DNA of 63,925 nucleotides, the filler included, from Octopus bimaculoides (lineage: Eukaryota): the NCBI RefSeq assembly GCF_001194135.2. It is 6 parts of 5 records of this genome, joined end to end, with 100 filler letters (N's around TTAATTAATTAA, not from the genome) between each part and the next. Parts side by side here need not be neighbours in the genome. Positions count along the whole stretch, not along the records: positions 58,091 to 62,804 come from NC_068984.1; positions 62,905 to 63,925 come from NC_069004.1; 4 more parts are not named here. The stretch is one strand, 5' to 3'. Position numbers and translations under genes: made by a program. Positions 59,385 through 63,925 of the stretch are shown here, piece by piece (the stretch's first letter is position 1; each line of letters begins with the position of its first letter). The notes below the pieces were generated by a model, which did no database searches, was not told the DNA's origin, and saw only the letters and a list, made by a program, of their open reading frames with translations.

Positions 59385-60285
59385 TTAAATAACTTAATTC
59401 ACCTCGCGAGTCTTATAGAAACACCATTAGGAAACATTTTCTGATTCCGAAAATGGTGAATTGAGAATTATGAATTATTAAGATGGCTATTCTCTGGCGG
59501 TACAAGCCAGTTGTAGTTCAAGCTTCCGCTGCTAGAAGCCACTTGATGCGACCCTCAAGCATCAGTCTGCTGACCGGCGTCGTCGAGTGAAGTCGTACCG
59601 TCATGTAGTGTGCCTTTGTTTTGCAGTGCTTCTCCCCTGTTCGTCGATTTTTGCGATGGCTGACACGAAGAATCAGCGTGTTTCCGTGAAATTCTGTTTT
59701 CTGCTGGGGAAAATGGCGGCCGATACAGTTGTCATGCTTCAAATAGCTTACAGGGACTCTGCCATGAGCAAAACACAAGTTTACAAGTGGTATCCACGTT
59801 TTAAGAATGGTCACTTGTCGCTTGAATACCAACTTCGTTCAGGGCGACCGTCAACCTACCGAACGAATGAAAATATCACGAAAAGTCATTAACTGTTCTT
59901 GGAGGAACGTCGCCGAACAGTTGACGAATTTGCTTGTATGACTGGTGTCTCCTGGAGCTCCTGATGACGAATTCTGAGCGAGGAATTGCGAATGAAAAGA
60001 GTTACAGCAAAAGTTGTGCCTCGTTTGCTCACGGAAGATCAAAAGCAATCACGACTGAATGCGCGCCGTGATCTGAAAGAACAGTTGGAAGTTGTTTCTG
60101 ACCTTTTTTCGAAGATCATCACTGGTGACGAAAGCTGGTGCTATGGCTACGACCCGGAAATGAAGCAGCAATCAAATCAATGGAAGTATTGGATGTCACC
60201 ACGCCACAAAACAGCGCATCAAGTGAAGTCCAATGTCAAGACGATGCTGATTTGCTTCATCGATGCGAAAGGAATTGTCTACAGA
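59385..60285 (+). mobile_element. mariner transposon, 5' region and N-terminal half of the transposase (frameshifted, 3'-truncated)
   Basis: QRVSVKFCFLLGK..AMSKTQVYKWYPRFKNG..RSGRPST, MKRVTAKVVPRLLT..IITGDESWCYGYDPE.KQQS.QW..KSNVKTMLICF.DAKGIV; the second and third catalytic Asp are absent. Confidence 0.93.
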
Positions 60286-60299
60286 ATTTGTTTGACTAA

Positions 60300-60697
60300 T
60301 AGTGACGTATATATTTCTGCCTTTTAGTTTGTAAAATTGCGAATTAGCCACCAATATTATTTATAATTTTCACTTTTACAGTTTGAGAAATCAACGTATG
60401 ATTTCAACGGAAATTTTATAAGCTGACAAGGCGAGCTGAGTTTAACCCAAGGCGCGGTGAGAGCCAGCGATGAGCATTAAGATGTGTTAAGCATCAAAAT
60501 GCGAAACCATCGATGATCTGGTTATATCTGCGACCGTAGGGAGCTTGCCTCCCTTGTCAGTCATTAAGATAGTGTTTCTGTATTTATTGAGTTGTTTTAG
60601 CTCTTATTTCTAGCAATACTGGTGTTGATTAGCACCCTTTGTCACTTTAGTGACGTATATATTTCTGCCTTTTGGTTGTAAAATTGCGAATTACCCA
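60300..60697 (+). mobile_element. 348-bp unit with ~48-bp terminal direct repeats and an internal hammerhead-like fold (retrozyme or pLTR-like)
   Basis: TAGTGACGTATATATTTCTGCCTTTT.G.TTGTAAAATTGCGAATTA at 60300 and 60648; structured core at 60423-60560. Confidence 0.6.
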
Positions 60698-60929
60698 CAC
60701 ATATTATATATATATATATTGATAATATATATAATAATAGTTATTAATTATGTTCCTCTAGTTTCCGCTTGCATTGCCTCCATTCAGATTATTAAACGGA
60801 ATATAGATCACTTGGAGCACTACAACTCCAGTCTGTATTTTATTTGCGAGTATTGTTAATATTAGCAATCGCAAAATAAAGCAGTATATTTTATATAATA
60901 ATATATATATATATTCTGGGCAACGTGAA

Positions 60930-61403
60930 GGCCATTCAAAGTAGACCTCACACATGGTTCCAGCAACATGGGGCAACTGCTCATATCGCAAGAGAAACAA
61001 TGCAGTTGCTACCGCAGTGCTTTGGCGAGAGAATAATCTCCTACTACGGCAATGTCAACTGGCCTTCACGTTCCCCAGACTTGACTAGCCCGGATTTTTT
61101 CTAGTAGTGATACCTGAAAGAGAGGGTTTACATCAACAAACCGGAGACTCTGGTGCAACTGAAGGAGAACATCAATAGAGAAATCACAGAAGTGAGGTCT
61201 GAAACTCTTTAGGGTGTCATGGTGCAAGTTTTGGAAAGAGCACGGGCGAAAATGGCATATGTGATGTAGTGGTGTTGCAAAATGTGACTTGTGCATATTA
61301 ATTTCCATTATGTCTTTTATATTGTATCAAAATTTCATGCATTTATTTGTAATGTTAAGGAAGTTATCAAAATTTGAAACACATCAGTGACGTTTGGGAC
61401 ACC

Positions 61404-61406
<3 letters not shown>
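60930..61406 (+). mobile_element. Tc1/mariner superfamily (DD37D/DD41D-like) transposase C-terminus with right end
   Basis: WFQQHGATAHIARETM..FGERIIS..NWPSRSPDLTSPDF..YLKERVYINKP.TLVQLKENI; ends TTTGGGACACCCTG followed by TA at 61407-61408. Confidence 0.85.
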
Positions 61407-61443
<37 letters not shown>

Positions 61444-61674
61444 GGCAGATAGATATGTATACATATACATACATGCATATACATACATGTATANNNNNNN
61501 NNNNNNNNNNNNNNNNNNNNNNNNNNNNNNNNNNNNNNNNNNNNNNNNNNNNNNNNNNNNNNNNNNNNNNNNNNNNNNNNNNNNNNNNNNNNNNNNNNNN
61601 NNNNNNNNNNNNNNNNNNNNNNNNNNNNNNNNNNNNNNNNNNNNNNNNNNNNNNNNNNNNNNNNNNNNNNNNNN

Positions 61675-61718
<44 letters not shown>

Positions 61719-62254
61719 GTGTGTGTGCGCGCGCGCGTGTATGTGTATACATATGCATGTATCTTATACCATATTTTTGTCCGATAATTTTAAATATATC
61801 ATCTATTACATCATCAACAATAGCCTATAAAATCCGTCCTCGATACAAAAATTGGATTTGCTAATGTTTCCACAACAAAAAGAAAAGAATCGATATGTTC
61901 GTGCAAATGTTCCATGGACATTCAACTTACTTTGCCCTTCAGTACGAGCTTTTACGAAGGTTCCCATTAGATAACATACAAAAGCACATTAAGATCAATA
62001 TGAAGGTTCGAATAGAATCTTTCACGGATTCATCAATATATTTATAGAATATTGTCGCTAATGGATAAAAAAGAATTGGTTTGACGTATAAATTTCAAAG
62101 TTACTTAGAACATTTTTCGATATCAAACTTTGACTTCCAATCTTCTAACTCATGCACAGGTTACCAAAACGCATTTACTTCTAGGATATCTGGCATAAAT
62201 GCAGAAATAAATGTGTTTGTATGCATAGGCATATAAACATACATACATATTCTT

Positions 62255-62450
62255 TATTTCCTTGCTTCGTTCATAAGACTGCGGCTATACTGGAACACGG
62301 CTTTGAAGCGCTTTAGTTGAAAATATTGACCCGAATACTTATTCTATCGGTCTTTTATACCGAACCGCAAATTTACAGAGACGTCGACAAACCAAAGCTG
62401 TTATCAAGTGGTCGGTTACAAGCACTAATACGTTCTCACGCGCACACACG
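62255..62450 (-). mobile_element. SINE family A 3' half
   Basis: GACTGCGGCTATACTGGAACACGGC, TACTTATTCTATCGGTC, CCGAACCGC. Confidence 0.75.
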
Positions 62451-62491
62451 CATATGTATACGTATGTATGTATGTATGTATGTATGTATGT

Positions 62492-62549
<58 letters not shown>

Positions 62550-62940
62550 TGATAGATAGATATACATATACATGTGCATACATATATTGTATATGCATAT
62601 ATATATGCGTAGTGAGGGTATAAATATATATATAAACATATATACATACATATATATATACATAAATATATGCATACATATATATATACATACATATATG
62701 CATACATATATGTATATACATACATATATATATATACATACATATATATATATACATACATATATATATGCATACATATATATATACATAAATATATGCA
62801 TAAANNNNNNNNNNNNNNNNNNNNNNNNNNNNNNNNNNNNNNNNNNNNTTAATTAATTAANNNNNNNNNNNNNNNNNNNNNNNNNNNNNNNNNNNNNNNN
62901 NNNNTTGTGTGTAATGTTGCTGTGTGTGTGAGAGAAGGAG

Positions 62941-62971
<31 letters not shown>

Positions 62972-62997
62972 TAACTGGCATGTGTATGTAAGGGAAG

Positions 62998-63037
<40 letters not shown>

Positions 63038-63159
63038 ATTTTTTCTTTTTGCTTGTTGTTTGCTGCTTACCACACAACTGTTAAGACGCTGGCAAACAAA
63101 ATGTATCTCTCCTTCACCCTCCCTCTCACAAACATACAATTTCTCTCTCTCTCCTTCAG

Positions 63160-63210
63160 GTGCAAACTTCGAAATTGGTAAAAGTTATGGTTGAAAATCG
63201 ATTTTTACAG
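63160..63210 (+). other. candidate small exon (18 or 51 nt), unverified
   Basis: Strong acceptor TTCTCTCTCTCTCCTTCAG at 63159; possible donors at 63178 (GTAAAA) or 63211 (GTATAT); the 51-nt frame reads VQTSKLVKVMVENRFLQ. Confidence 0.2.
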
Positions 63211-63439
63211 GTATATGCGGGTACCTCTGAGAGAGAAAGTTGACGAAAATGCAGATAGGGTCATTCCAAATTTCCTCCTAAAATTGGAGCGACATGCGTG
63301 CTAATTTGTGGGCATGCATAAACTACATTCATGTACACACACATCCTGCCTTATATATATTCGGATAATCTTTCTATAGTCAACTATAGTAAAGGACATT
63401 TTATACTATCATCACCACCACCACCATGACATCATATTT

Positions 63440-63770
63440 TGTATATGAATGTGTTTGTGTCTGTCAGTGTGTGTGTGTTTGCATGTTCATTACAAGTTAG
63501 GCCTCAGAGAATTAAACAACATACACATCTACACATACATATACATGTGTATATGAGTGTGTATGTATCTGTGAGTGTGTGTGTTTACACGTTCGTCAAC
63601 CACCACCACCACGTCACATTTTGCATACGAATGTGTGTGTATTTGCACGTTTGTTACATTAGGCCTCAGAGAATTAAACACACACATACATCTACACATA
63701 GATATACATTTGTGTATGAGTGTGTATGTGTCTGTTTGCACATATACATATGTGATGACTGACAAGTATA
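63440..63770 (+). repeat. tandem duplication, ~163-bp period
   Basis: TTAGGCCTCAGAGAATTAAACA occurs at about 63497 and 63659 with similar flanks. Confidence 0.7.
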
Positions 63771-63925
63771 TGTGAGTGAGTGTATGCGAGTGTATGTGTG
63801 TGTGAGTATACATAAATTTTTGTAACGACTGACACACACACACATGTGCGCGCACACATCTAAAGAGAGAGAGAGAGACAACAGGAGAGAGATAGGCTGT
63901 TATACAGAGAGAGATACAGTTAAAG

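Overview
Eukaryotic, AT-rich, gap-ridden draft-assembly DNA saturated with microsatellites and decayed transposons. The SINE families and repeat landscape resemble an octopus (coleoid cephalopod) genome; this is recognition from memory, not a search result. No intact protein-coding gene, rRNA, bona fide tRNA or CRISPR array is supportable, and most ORF-track entries are microsatellite or N-gap artefacts. Recognisable content: many tRNA-derived SINE copies from several families; fragments of restriction-like-endonuclease (R4/Dong-type) LINEs sitting in microsatellites; RTE-type LINE fragments; Penelope-like GIY-YIG remnants; mariner, Tc1-like, hAT and piggyBac-type elements and MITEs; Helitron ends with a Pif1 helicase fragment; a decayed gag-like stretch; and a few weak candidate host exons. 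The most interesting signals are (i) several hammerhead-ribozyme-like motifs, including a 348-bp retrozyme-like unit with terminal direct repeats at 60.3-60.7 kb, (ii) an RTE-LINE/Pif1-helicase chimera bounded by Helitron-like ends at 54.3-56.5 kb, (iii) RLE LINEs associated with two different microsatellites, (TAA)n and (TACA)n, and (iv) an apparent CpG-depletion boundary near 26-27 kb. All coordinates and alignments were read by eye; element boundaries are approximate.
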